Source of the DNA: Squalus acanthias
Lineage: Eukaryota
Assembly: GCA_030390025.1 (NCBI GenBank)
Contig: CM059431.1
Coordinates: forward strand, 113,028,001 to 113,092,000
Length of the DNA: 64,000 nt
Direction: 5' to 3'
A program made the translations under genes and the position numbers. The number at the start of each line of letters is the position of its first letter. The stretch's first letter is position 1. Below, in pieces: positions 12,557 to 25,968 of the stretch. The notes below the pieces were generated by a model, which made no database searches, was not told the DNA's origin, and saw only the letters and a list, made by a program, of their open reading frames with translations.

Positions 12557-13319
12557 GTGAGATCGCAACAGCAACTGTAATAATAGCTACTGGGTACAGA
12601 CAAATGGAGGTTATATTATGAAGTCCCAATTATATCCTACAGTATTGAACTGACCCAGTAACTCATGAGTGAAAGGTTGCAAGTGAGTTATGGTCAGTGC
12701 CACATGTGGATTATGTAGAGGTAAAAGTCAGGGCTCTGTTCTTTATGGGAGATAGACAACCAGATACACAATTTATGATAACCACTGGGAGGTGCGAGTG
12801 GTTTATTCTCTATACACCATCACTCTTGGACTTTTGTTCTATTTTGACAACATAAATTATTGTTTTAAAAACAAAAAATATTACAATTGATACTAATTTT
12901 TGCCATTGTAGATTTAGTATGAAGCTGTGGAGAAGCATTGTTGGGGACATCACGTAAATAGGTTAACAGTACAACAATCTTAACTGTTCAAACTTGAAAT
13001 TTGCCAATTGAAATTTCTACTCTCACATGTCCGAGGGTATTGAGGGAAAATAACACCTGATTTATTTAGCAGTTCTGTAACTGTACTGGCTCTTCTCCTG
13101 ATGCACCCACACTGTTTATGCTGCAGAGTGGATATAGCAACAACGGAACAACTGTGCATATATAAAAGTTGCACATGTGCAGTTAGTGCCTTCGCCATCC
13201 TGCTGGAGACCGTCTCCCTTGCTGTGAGATGGACTGTATCGGCCAGATATAAATGACGACTGCGACACTGGCAATCTCCACCTGAGCTCCAGTGATCATC
13301 CTCCACATGATCAGATGCA

Positions 13320-13542
13320 TGAAATTATTCCCTCCCTACATCTCTCCATCTGTCGGCCTCCCTTTCCTCCTTTAATACTCTCCTGAAAACCCACCTCTTT
13401 CACCAAGTGTTTAGTCACCGCCCCTCCCCCCCCCGCAATATCTTCTTCGGCCCGGGGTTGATTTTTGTCTGATTACTTTTCCGTGAAGCACCTTGGGTTG
13501 TTCTTCTACGTTAACGGCACTATATAAATGCAAGTTGTTATT
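13320..13542 (+). mobile_element. L2 LINE 3' end
   Basis: Ends tacgttaacggcactatataaatgcaagttgttatt, matching the tail at 32520-32558. Confidence 0.75.
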
Positions 13543-13935
13543 ATGCAGGCAAGCTAAAAGCCAAGATGGCAGATCCAACTAAGGTGCCAGCATCAATGCC
13601 CAATGAAAACCCTCCTGAGGAAGGCTTGGCTGACTCTTATCACATGCTGGGTTACTTATTTTACAGGGTTGCCTCGAATGCATTCTAACCAGTGAAGGAA
13701 ATCTGGTAACATAACTGAGTATGAGGGAAGTTTTGCTAATGACTGGTTTTCGGTTACTGTTAGTATAGTTTTGCATTATGCAGAGGGCAGATTTTTTTTT
13801 TTACAGTGATGGAACAAAGCAAAGACTTGCACCATTTTAACCCCTATGATACTGTTGTGCTGTGTGAGATCAGAATTGTTAAATAAATTTGTTTAGCTCT
13901 GTCTATTTCAGGTATAGAACTGTTCTTTTTGTTAG

Positions 13936-14010
13936 CAGCTCAGAGCCAGCGCATGAGTTCCATAATAAAGTTGGGCTCAACCGATACAGATCTGAAGAAA
14001 TCCTGAACAG
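13936..14010 (+). CDS. SCEL: Sciellin exon (SSEPAHEFHNKVGLNRYRSEEILN); NAGNAG acceptor at 13936/13939
   Basis: ttttgttagcag acceptor and CAG|gtagaa donor, phase 2-2. Confidence 0.78.
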
Positions 14011-14926
14011 GTAGAAATGTCAGTTGTGATACCGGGCAGCTTCATCTGAGCTACAGTGAGGCTCCTGCACAGGATTGAACGCAAGAAATTGCCCCAATGT
14101 TCTGAATCACTTTTAAACAGAGGTTACTTGGTGGGAATGATGGAAACATGCTGTTCATTACATGAGTGAGGTGGGCCTGATTATACAGAATCGAATAGTT
14201 GCACATGAATCATGTACGCCCTCATCAATGGATAATAAACAGCATGTTATTCCCATTCCTGACCAAGATAATTTATACAACTGGTGCTTTTCGAAAGGTA
14301 TATTTTTAAGGTGTTCTCTTTACATAAATTCTTGTTGAATTTTAGCACTGAACTCTGGTGCATTGAAGCATACCTACATTATTTTAGCACTCCTGCACTG
14401 CTTCAGTAGCACACCAGGCAGTTCCTTTACCCAGTAAGCCAATAAGGGAGCTGGATGCATTTTGGATGATGCATGAGGTATTATGACATTGGACTTTAGG
14501 GACTTTAGGAATCCTGGGCCCACATGCTTCAAACATCAGTGCCAATGTATAAGCTGAACACAATTTTTCTGTAATTATGATTTCATATCTTTACATGCCA
14601 TTTTTAGATTGGATGGTATGTCTTTTAAGTGTGAAAATGGAGTGCGAGAGAGTAGAAGTAGGCAATAGTGCAACGACGCTGGGGGCTTGCGAGAGGTGCT
14701 CCACTATCACTTTGTTGACTAGCACGTTATGTTGCCAACTGTTGTGAAGACAAAGGTTCCAAGCCCTTGTATTACTTGCCATTTTTGGTGTGTTTCTTTT
14801 GTTAAATCTGCATACTGACAATATGTGGGTGGATTCAGGGGGCGGCACCCATTTCAGCTAGGTTTCCTACATGTGCACCCACAGTGCTGTTAGGGGAGGT
14901 GGCGACACATATTGTAAGGTCTCGAG

Positions 14927-15684
14927 TTAGTGCCCCCTTAACCACAGAGCAATGTGAAAGGTTATCTGTGCTACTATTAATTTTAGAGGGTGAATAGTGT
15001 GTTCATGCCTACGGCACTTCAGAAAGAAAAGGGTGAGTAAACAGTGTGTTACCTTGACTGCCCTCATCAGACCATTGAATTTTTTCCGGCATGGATCTGC
15101 CGTTCTGCAGATGTGAGGGGGGACACTTAGTGCTACTGCCACCTCCCTCCACATGGCACAGGAGACATTTTCCTGCAGGTTTCTCCCATGGGCACCCGTC
15201 AGTCTTTCTCTCCATTGCTTCATTTTGTCCAGGGGTATCTGAAGGTCAACCTCATTGAAATTTGTGTGCTCTTCTTTTCTGCCTCCTTGCAATGCCCTGC
15301 TCTCTTCTTTGGGTGCCTCTGCCAGATTCTCCACCTGAAGTCATGCCTTAAAAGTGGCACGAAAATCACACATGAACCATCCATTACGGCTACCTGATGG
15401 TCACTTCACCATACCAAACACTCTCGTCCTTTATCTGTTGCTCCCCCAGCTTGCTGCAACCTGCAGCCATTACTAGCTTTTTAAAGTCTGCGCTCCTAAT
15501 TTCCAAGTATCCCCATTGCACTACTCCCATGTTGCACAGAAATTGTGCTACGGAACTGCGGAACTACCAATCGATATTTAAAAGAGTAATTTACGACAGG
15601 GTCAGTGTTGGGCAGTATCTGTGGGCAGAAGTTCTGGCTCAGAGTGCGTCACCAATGTAAATGGCCCCATGGAATTTTAGGGCC
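14927..15684 (-). mobile_element. Harbinger transposon remnant encoding a Myb/SANT-like DNA-binding protein fragment
   Basis: ORF 15334-15053 reads NFNEVDLQIPLD...WREVAVAL...RTADPCRKKFNGL, then AAG|gtaaca. A TIR-like aattttagggcc lies at about 15684. Confidence 0.65.
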
Positions 15685-17210
15685 TCAATTTCAATGTTAC
15701 CACAAATTATGATAAATTTCTTATCACATTGGAGTGCAGTGAGGCCAAAGAATTTTCCAATACAAACACCAGTTGTATGAATCAGAGTAATTGGATCACT
15801 GATTGATTGTAAATTAGAATTTGATTTTTTTTTGACAAAAGCTTATTTGAAATTTAAGATGATGCTTTCAAGTGGTTTTTGCTTGTTGATTTGACCAAAT
15901 TTGTGCCTGATCAGCCTGCTGCCAAATTCCTTTCCTTTTATCAGGTATATACATGACATTGACTGATGATGTGTGTCGATGTGCTTGTTGAAGTACATAG
16001 GAGCATAGGATGGGGAGTAGGCCAATTGGCCCTTCAGCATGTTCGGCCACCTTTGTTAGCTATGGGAGCTTTATCGTTTAATCCCAGGCCCCTGATTTTT
16101 CTCCACATTCATTAATACCATTACTTCACAAGTAAATCTCTCTCTTTTAAACCCTTCAATTGACGTGGCATCTGTGGCTTCATTTGTAGCCACCTTCATT
16201 TGAACTATAAGATTATGTCCTTGTGAAAGTAGTAAATCATGGTCCCAGTAAATTTGAAATATTCTGAGGAACTAGGCAGATTTATTGATGCGTGCGCGTC
16301 AACAGACACGTTAGCATGAGGAAAAGTTGATGTTGTTGCCTAACACATCTCCCATAGGGGCAGTATTGATAGTATCAGTGAAATCAAGCAGAAACAAACT
16401 TATTAAACCATGGTTACACCTCAAGGAAGTTTAAGCAATGATATCATGTGAACATCCTAAGTCAAAGAGCTTGTCAACAACGAGCAAATATTGACTAACT
16501 TTAACTATTTGTTTGACATTTGGAAGTGAGACAATAAGGAGAATATACTTGCAATGTTAAAATTTCCAGTACATCGACACAGACTTCCATATCTTGCAAT
16601 GTCATGTAAACACCTGTAGCTGTATCAATAATTCAATTTTTATTTAACAACGTAATTCTAAGTGATGACTAAATACAGTTTTATAAGTTGAAAATTCTGA
16701 CAGCAAATATGATCTGTACCTGTCACTGCATCAATCCATTTTCCTTTTAGCAGAGAACCCAAGTAATGAAGTTCTGTAGACGTTGATAGATGTTTGCCAT
16801 CAAGTTGGGAATGTTTTATATGCAATGCCTTATAGTGTAGACAACTTCCTTTTTCACTATGCTCTTCTGTCCTCATTAAAGAATGAACTTTTATATCCTT
16901 AAATACAAACTTCAAAATATGTCCCTCTTGACCTCATAATGCAGTGTACAGCAGTTAAGCTTGCTACCATTTTGTGTGGATCAACAAAGTCAAAAAGTTA
17001 ATTAGAAGGACAATGGAAGTTAATGCAGATCCACAATAAAACAGTCCTCAGAAAGTACACATTCTGGGGTCGACATGCACTGTGAATTTTTTAGTTCATG
17101 GCTGCAGTACAGCTTCAATTTCAGCCCCACTTTTTTTTGATCAGCCGGGTGTCTTTACACACCTGGAAACCCAACACCATGTTTTGAGAATCACACAACT
17201 GAGAAATCTA

Positions 17211-18521
17211 CAAACAACAACAAAAACATCAACTTGTATTTATACAGCGCCTTTAACGTAGTTAAACATCCCAAGGCGCTTCACAGGAGTGTTGTCAAAC
17301 AAAATTTGACACCGAGCCACATAAGGAGATATCAGGGCAGATGACCAAAAGCTCGGTCAAAGGGGTAGGTTTTAAGGAGCGTCTTAAAGGAGGAAAGGGA
17401 GGTAGAGAGGAGGAGAGGTTTATGGAGGGAATTCCAGAGCGTAGGGCCTAGGCAGCTGAAGGCACGGCCACCAATGGTGGAGCGATTAAAATTGGGGATA
17501 CTCAAGAGGCCAGAATTGGAGGAGCACAGGGTTGTAGGGCTGGAGGAGATTACAGAGATAGGGAGGGGCGAGGCCATGGAGGGATTTGAAAGCAAGGATG
17601 AGAATTTTAAAATCGAGGCACACAAATCTATGGAATTTGCTACCTCAGAGAGCTGTGGAAGCTGCGACATTAAATAAATTTAAAATGGAGATAGACAGTT
17701 TCCTAGCTGATAAGGGAATTAAGGGTTATGGGGAGCGGGCAGGGAAGTGGACGTGAGTCTAGGTTCGGATCAGCCACGATCCTATTGAATGGCGGAGCAG
17801 GCCCGAAGGGTCGTATGGCCCACTCCTGCTCCTACTTCTTATAATCTTATGTTCTTATGTTAACCGGAAGCCAATGTAGGTCAGCGAGCACAGGGGTGAT
17901 GAGTGAATGGGACTTGGTGCGAGTTAGGACACGGGCAGCAGAGTTTTGGATGAACTCAAGTTTATGGAGGGTAGCATGTGGGAGGCCGGCCAGGAGTGCG
18001 TTGCAATAAGAACATAAGAATTAGGAACAGGAGTAGGCCATACGGCCCCTCGAGCCTGCTCCGCCATCCAATAAGATCATGGCTGATCTTTGACTTCAAC
18101 TCCACTTTCCACCTGATCTGCATATCCCTTGATTCCCCTAGAGTCCAAAAATCTATCGATCTCAGGCTTGAATATACTCAACAGATTATTTGAATATAGT
18201 CACGTCTAGAGGTAACAAGGGCATAGATGAGGATTTCAGCAGCAGATGAGCTGAGGCGGGGCGGAGTCGGACAATGTTACGGAGCTGGAAATAGACAGTC
18301 TTAATGATGGTGCGGCTATGTGGTCGGAAGCTCATCTTGGAGTCAAATATGACACCAAGGTTGCGAACAGTCTGGTTCAGCCTCGGATAGTTGCCAGTGA
18401 GAAGGATGGAGTTGGTGGCTAGGGAACGGAGATTGTGGCGGGACCAAAGACAATGGCTTCGGTCTTCCCAGTATTTAGTTAGAGGAAATTTCTGCTCATC
18501 CAGTACTGGATATCAGACAAA
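17211..18521 (-). mobile_element. L2 LINE 3' portion with two nested CR1 3' fragments (about 17624-17860 on +, about 18006-18183 on -)
   Basis: The reverse strand encodes ...GGRAFSCLGPTLWNSL...SSFKTLLKTY with a (ttg)n tail. It is interrupted twice by CR1 3' UTRs with (atgttctt)n tails. Confidence 0.88.
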
Positions 18522-20492
18522 GGCAGAGTTTCTGTTTAATCTGTATAGACTATATACACTCACTGTAGGGACACACTCATCTTACTTAAGTCCAAAGATA
18601 TTTGACACAGATTTTTAAGAGCCAAGGCTTAAGAGACTCAAGTATGTCAGGAGTACTGCTGGCATTTATACAGATAAAACTATGTAGTCTACCAGCACAG
18701 AATATGTTGCTTGTCCAGCCGCGACCATCTTACAAACTGTAGCTTTGGACTCCAGAGTCATCTGGAGCAAACTGTGAAGAATCCCAGCGCCCAGAATCAG
18801 GTCTACCCTTTCAAGTACCATTAAGGAGCCAGGCTGTAGGTCAATTATCAACAGTGTCTGGAGTATTGTGGACCACCCTGGTTCACGTATTGGATTACCA
18901 AATCTGCCAGAGTTTTGACTTGGTTCCAAACTTCCAGGTATGTTATTTTGGAGCTACTTGTGCTCCAAGAGCACCCCACTTAGCTCCTGGAAGAAGAATA
19001 TTAACTAGTTGATCATTAGACTACCAATCAGTGTGGGTCTGAGCCTTTGCTTGGTAGACTGCAGGTATCAGGAGCTCAACTAACCGTAAGATGCATGAGT
19101 GCATTGCCACCATTCTCCTGACCACATCATGGACACGCACCATATCCCATTGTTCCACCAGTTGGAGGTGCAAAGCTTCAGAAACATCTACTTACCTCTC
19201 TACAGCCCAATCATAGTAGTACCCAACCCTAAATCCTTCAGCACATGTTCCCATACTCAGCCTCCAGATAACGCTTTCCAGCGGTTCTCATTCCAAGTCT
19301 CAGTGCCACTTCTTACACAAAGGTAAACATTTGGATTTGTTATAGTGTTACACTTGAGAGAAATTTATAGGTTTAGAAAGAAATGATTTTATTACAGACT
19401 GGGTTTACAGTAAGCTGACTTTTCAACCTTTGAATTTAACCTGGATGGTCCTAAATTAAAAATTGATATCCGATATCCACATCTGCAAACATTTCATTCA
19501 GATTTTAAGAATACAATTTCAAATATTTATAAAAATGAGCTCTTAAAAATGTAATAAATTTTTGCATTTAATAGCGCTAAAATGCAAGAAAAATATTACA
19601 TTCTCTTTCTCAAACCTCAGTTCTCAGAATCCTGACTGCTTTCAGAACCTAGCCTGACATCAAGAATAACAATGTCCATGACTCCAATTTTGGGCACGGA
19701 GTCTTGCTCGAACAGAAAGTCGGGGGCAGAGTTCAGTTCTCCCAATTTGTGATCATTCATTCGAAAGACTGGAAAATCTGGAATGCTATGAATTGAGTTC
19801 AATGATCTCCATGCCCAATTCTCTGATCCACATTCCCACTGAACGAAACTCCATGTCAGGAGTATAATCACAGAAAGTTCACTTTTATAAGTGCAAAGTC
19901 ACTGTACCCGCAAAGCTCTACACAACTTACTGCAAGCCCAGATCATAAGATAATTATAGATGAATAGGGCCATTTGGCCCATCTTAATTCCCCCATCCAG
20001 AATGCCCCTAATATCCTTCTATTGCAGCATCCAGTGGTTTTTAACTAAATCTAGGATTTTTGCTCTAACAGGCTGCTTCCAGAACCTAGCCTTACATCAA
20101 GAATAACAATTTCCATGTTCTATCATTGCACGTATTGATCACTCTTTGCCTGAAAAAGAACTTCCTGCTATCAGTCCTAAATTTACCAGTTACTACCATT
20201 AACTTTGTTATATACCTCTATAGGATCACCTCCCAGATGCCTTATTTCAATTCTGTAGAGCCCAGATTTTTCCAGTACAAAAGATTCTACCAAAGCAGAA
20301 AAATCGATTACACTTAATCAATGGTGTTACCTTTCTAATCAAGATGCCTTCTAAATTTTACTTCTTAGAATTGTGCTTTGCGAGTTTTTCTGAACTTTGT
20401 TGAAAACTGTCATGCACGTCGTGCTAAAAGAATACGGCTTTACTCTCATATTATCGGAGTCTCTCTGTAACTTTTGCTCTATATTTACACAG

Positions 20493-20558
20493 AGATTCGG
20501 ATAGCACTAATGTCACCAGCCCTGCAAACAAGTATTCAAGTTTGGACAGAAAAAACAG
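20493..20558 (+). CDS. SCEL: Sciellin exon (DSDSTNVTSPANKYSSLDRKN)
   Basis: tttacacag| ... CAG|gtatga, 66 nt, phase 2-2. Confidence 0.82.
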
Positions 20559-21157
20559 GTATGATGGAAATTCCACAGTAGCATGGAACATATTTCCCCC
20601 CTTAAAAAAAGGGGGGGGGCTTGCTTTTATATCACGTCATCTAATATTTATAATGTTAACAAATACAATACTTTGGTCTTTGGAACAACTATTAATCAGT
20701 GGAGTTAATGGCTGGATAATTATTTAGTGGTCTGTGCGATCTAGTAGGGTAGATTTACAACTTGTGGCCTAGGCATAAAACTAGCATTGCAGAACAGGGC
20801 CCATTATAAAAAAAAACGCCTGATTTTCTTTTCTATTGATTTTAATCGGCCTGAGCTTTGGCAATGTTTCCTTTGTCTAACAAATGGGAGGAATGCTGTA
20901 CCACCAGGCTGGACTACATTGACTTATTTTCCATTCCCCTGCTGGGAGACACTGCAGCCCTTGCTTAGCATATCTCTTCGCTTGGCACTGGCCAGATGGA
21001 AATCTAAGACATATATAACAGTTTTCACAACCTTATGATGCCCTAAAGCACTTCACAACTAACGAATTACTTCTTTGAAGTGTAGTCACTCTTGTTTTGT
21101 GGACAAATATGGCAGCCAATTTATGCAGATCAATGCCCCACAAACAACAGTGTGATA

Positions 21158-24100
21158 AGAACATAAGAACATAAGAAATAGGAGCAGGAGTAGGCCAATC
21201 GGCCCCTCGAGCCTGCCCCGCCATTCAATAAGATCATGGCTGATCTGATCCTAACCGCCAATCTACTATCACAGAACCATCTCCTGCATCTAACAGAATT
21301 GCACACACGAAATAGGAGCAGAATCAGGCTACACGGTCCCTGGGCCCGCTCCACTACCCACAGGGCCATGACCGATCCGAACCTAGACTCATGTCCAAAT
21401 TCCTGCCCGCTCCCCGTAACCCTTAATGCCCTTTACTTCTAGGAAACTGTCTATTTCTGTTTTAAATTTATTTAATGATGTAGCTTCTACAGCTTTTTGT
21501 GGCAGCATATTCCATGGACCTACCACCCTCTGAGTGAAGTAGTTCCTCCTCATCTCAGTTTTGAAAGAGCAGCCCCTTATTCTAAGACTATGTCCCCTAG
21601 TTCTAGTCTCACCCGTCATCGGGAACATCCTCCCCGCATCCACCCGATCCAACCCCTTCACAATCTTATATGTTTCAATAAGATCGCCTCTCATTCTTCT
21701 GAACTCCAATGAGTAGAGTCCCAATCTACACAACCTCTCCTCATATGACCACCCCCTCATCCCCGGGATTAACCGAGTGAACCTTTTTTGCACTGCCTCG
21801 AGAGCAAGGATGTCTTTCCTTAAGTAAGGACACCAAAACTGTATGCAGTATTCCAGGTGCGGTCTCACCAATACCTTGTACAACTGAAGCAATACCTCCC
21901 TATTTTTATATTCTATCCCCCTAGCAATGAAAGCCAACATTCCATTTGCCTTCTTAATCACTTGCTGCACCTGCATACTAACCTTTTGAGTTTCGTGCAC
22001 CAGGACCCCCAGATCCCTTTGCACTTCAGTACTCTTCCAGTTTCTTGCCATTAAGATAATAAATTGCTCTAGGATTTTTCCTGCCAAAGTGCATCACCTC
22101 ACACTTTCCAGTGTTGTATTCCATCTGCCAAATCTCTGCCCACTTACTTAGCCTGTCTATGTCCCCTTGCAGGTTTTTTATGTCCTCCTCACTCACTACT
22201 TTCCCTCCCATCTTTGTATCATCTGCAAATTTTGATATGTTACACTTGGTCCCTTCCTCCAAATCGTTAATATAGATTGTAAAGAGTTGGGGACCCAGCA
22301 CTGACCCCTGTGGAACACCACTAGTTACTGATTGCCAGTCTGAGAATGAACCATTTATCCCAACTCTTTGCTTTCTGTTAGATAGCCAATCCTCTATCCA
22401 TGCCAGAATATTACCCCCAATCCCGTGATTTTTTACCTTAAGCAATAATCTTTTATGTGGCACCTTGTCAAATGCCTTTTGGAAGTCTAAATACACTACG
22501 TCCACTGGTTCCCCTTTATCCACTCTATATGTTACTTCCTCAAAGAACTCCAGCAAATTTGTCAAACATGACTTCCCCTTCGTAAAACCATGCTGACTTT
22601 GTCCTATTAAATTATGATTATCCAAATGTCCTGTTACTGTTTCCTTAATAATGGACTCCAAAATTTTACCTACCACAGATGTTAGGCTAACCGGTCTATA
22701 GTTACCAGCCTTCTGTCTACTGCCCTTTTTAAATAAGGGTGTTACATTAGCAGTTTTCCAGTCTGCCGGGACCTTAGCGGAATCCAGGGAGTTTTGAAAA
22801 ATTATTACCAATGCATCTACAATCCCTACCGCCACTTCCTTCAAGACTCTAGGATGTAAGCCATCAGGTCCAGGTGATTTATCCGCCTTGAGTCCCATTA
22901 TTTTACCGAGTACCACTTCCTTAGTGATTTTGATCGTGTTTAGCTCCTCTCCCCCTATAGCCCCCTGTTTGTCCAGTGTTGGGATATTCTTAGTGTATAT
23001 TCATTCAGTGTTTTTGCCATCTCCATATTTCCCACCATTAATTTCCCGGTCTCATCCTCTAAGGGACCAACATTTACTTTAGCCACCCTTTTTCTTTTTA
23101 TATAACTATAAAAACTCTTACTATCTGTTTTTATATTTTTTGCTAATTTACTTTCATAATCTATCTTCCCTTTCTTAATCAATCTTTTTGTTATTTTTTG
23201 CTGCCTTTTAAAGTTTTCCCAATCCTCTGTCCTCCCACTAGATTTCGCTACCTTATATGCCCTTGTTTTTAGTCGAATACTATCCTTAATTTCTTTACTT
23301 AGCCACGGATGACTGTCCTTTCTTTTACACTCTTTTCTTTTCAGTGGAATATATATTTTTTGGAAGTTGTAAAATAACTCCTTGAATGTACACCACTGAT
23401 CATGTGTCGTCTTACCCTTTAATCTATTTTCCCAATCCACTCTACTCAATTCCGCTCGCATACCTTCATAGTCTCCTTTATTCAAGCTTAGCACGCTTGT
23501 TTGAGATCCAACCTTCTCACCCTCTAATTGAATATGGAACTCAACCATGTTATGGTCACTCATTCCAAGGGGATCCTTTACTAGGACATTTTTAATTAAT
23601 CCTGTCTCGTTACACAGGACCAGATCTAAGGTTGCTTGCCCCCTGGTCGGTTCAGTTACATACTGCTCAAGAAACCCATCCCTAATACACTCAATGAACT
23701 CATCCTCAAGGCAGCCCTGCCCCATTTGATTTGTCCAATTAATAGGATAGTTAAAATCCCCCATAATTATAGATGTTCCCTTATTACATGTCTCAACTAT
23801 TTCCTGATTGATACTCCGTCCAACAGAGTTGCAACTGTTCGGAGGCCTATAGACTACGCCCACTAGTGTTTTTTTCCCCTTATTATTCCTTATCTCCACC
23901 CAAACTGTTTCATTATCATGATTTTTTGACCCAATATCATTACTCTGTATTACAGTGATTCCTTCCTTTATTAACACAGCCACCCCACCTCCCCTTCCTT
24001 CCTGCCTGTCCTTCCTGATCGTTAAATAACCTGGTATGTTTAATTCCCAGGCATTGTCACCCTGCAGCCATGTTTCTGTAATGGCCACAATATCATAACC

Positions 24101-24565
24101 ATATGTAGTTATTTGTGCCATTAACTCGTCTATTTTGTTACGAATGCTACGTGCATTCAGATAGAGAACTTTCAAATATGCTTTGTGGCACTTAGTTCCT
24201 GCTTTTTCACTTTTTACCACTTTACCTTTTACTCCACACACTCTGTCCCTTCCTGCCACGCTCTGATTTGTGATTCCCCTACTGCTACCTATGTCTATGA
24301 CCCTCTCTGTTGTCATTTTTATTTTTTGCTCTCTTGAAACCTCCCCCCCCACTAATTAGTTTAAAGCCCTCTCCACAGCCCTAGTTATTCGATTCGCCAG
24401 GACACTAGTCCCAGCACTGGCCAAGTGAAGTCCGTCCCAACGGAACAGCTCTCTCCTGCCCCAGTACTGGTGCCAGTGTCCCAAGAAGCAAAACCCATTT
24501 TTCCCACACCAGTCTTTGAGCCACGCATTCAACTCCCTGATTTTATTTACCCTAGCCAAAATGCG
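21158..24565 (-). mobile_element. 5'-truncated CR1 LINE: ORF1 esterase C-terminus plus a nearly complete but frameshifted ORF2 (APE endonuclease and reverse transcriptase)
   Basis: 24356-24565 reads WDGLHL (SGNH-like). 22955-24352 has YLNARS, ITETW, MGDFN and SDH. 22026-22916 has YRPVSL, DFQKAFD, GVPQGSVLGP and FADD. 21389-22087 is the C-terminus, followed by an (atgttctt)n tail. Confidence 0.96.
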
Positions 24566-24720
24566 AAGTTGTAGCAGCGGAGCGGGAGCGGGAGCAGCTC
24601 CGAGGAAATTCCTGGCCAATGTTTTGTAAAGATCATGTTGATTATGTAAATTATTTTTGAAGTGTGGAGCATCGCAATGATCGTTAACTGGACAATTGTT
24701 TCTTTTTGAATCAATTATAG

Positions 24721-24756
24721 GAATTATTCATACAAAACGGAAGAAACACCAACAAT
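24721..24756 (+). CDS. SCEL: Sciellin exon (NYSYKTEETPT)
   Basis: caattatag| ... |gtgagt, 36 nt; paralogue of exon 27887. Confidence 0.75.
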
Positions 24757-24774
24757 GTGAGTGCTTGGTTCAAA

Positions 24775-25530
24775 CAAAAACTTGCATTTGTATAGCACCC
24801 TCACATGGAGAACATCTCAGACGTTGTTGACGAGGGGGAGAGGATGGTGGCAACCAAGAGACAGGAAAGGATTGGGGGGGGGGGGTGTTGGGGGTGGGGT
24901 GCAGATTGAAGGCACAAATGAAAAAATAACGGTTTAGGAAGGATTTTGAAAGAAGGGAAAGAGAAAGCAAGGCAAGCCAAATAATGTTGGGAGAGTTCCA
25001 AAGAATGGAATCCTAGTGAGTGAAGAATTTAACTCCCTTAGTGGAATGGGACAAGCAGTAGTCTGGAGTTAGAGCAGCAGGGGTTGTGGGCTCGAATAGT
25101 GGCTGCAAAAGGTGGCTGAGATAAGGTGGCATGAGACCATGGAAGGATTTGAAAACGACGATAAGGATCTTGAATTTGAGATGGTGAGGGACAGGGAACT
25201 AGTGAAGCTCGCCAAAGACAGGCAGGGTGATTGTGCAGGACATTACGTGAGAGAGAAATCAAGTTGCAAGTTTCAGATTAACTGAAGTTTGTGAAGTTGT
25301 GGAGAAGGGGAATTTGCCAAGGAGAGCATTTGAGAACCTTGAGTTGATAAAAGTATGGCTTAAGGTTTGGCATCAAGAGAGAGAGGTACAAGAGCAGGCG
25401 GGCAATGTGCTCGAGGTAGAAAGATGCAGTCTTGACCGAGCAGCGGTTTGGTAGGTAGGTAAACTTATGGTTGAGCAGAATATCAAAGTGGCACACCACC
25501 TGGATCAGCCTGTACAGATAATGAAGAAGG
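24775..25530 (-). mobile_element. Old degenerate L2 LINE 3' fragment
   Basis: aaacttgcatttgtatagcacc tail and gagaccatggaaggatttgaaaac...gatcttgaatttga, similar to 17211-18521. Confidence 0.6.
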
Positions 25531-25586
25531 TTGGTAGAGCAGGTACCAAAAGCACTTAGATGCTGATTAAGTTTGCTTACTAACAT

Positions 25587-25968
25587 CTCATTGAAACGCA
25601 TAAAATTCTTAGAGGGCTTGACAGGGTCGATGCTGAGAGGCTGTTTCCCCTGGCTGGAGAGTCTAGAACTAGGGGTCGTAGTCTCAGGATAAGGGGTTGG
25701 TCTTTTAGGACTGAGATAAGGAGAAAATTCTTCACTCAGAGGATTGTGAATCTTTGGAATTCTCTACCCCAGAGGGCTGTGGATGCTCAGTCGTTGAGTC
25801 TATTCAAGACAGAGATCGATAGATTTTTGGACACTAAGGGAATCAAAGGATATGGGGATAGGGCAGGAAAGTGGAGTTGAGGTAGAAGAAAAGCCATTAT
25901 CTTATTGAATTGCGCAGCAGGCACAAAGGGCCATATGGCCTACTTCTGCTCCTATTTCTTATGTTTTT
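25587..25968 (+). mobile_element. CR1 3' fragment
   Basis: Encodes LIETHKILRGLDRVDAERLFPLAGESRTRG..., followed by the CR1 3' UTR. Confidence 0.88.

Noticed and set aside
14927..15334. Functional nested antisense MSANTD-type gene
   Set aside because: It is a single degenerate exon next to a TIR-like end, with no downstream exons found; it is better explained as a Harbinger remnant.
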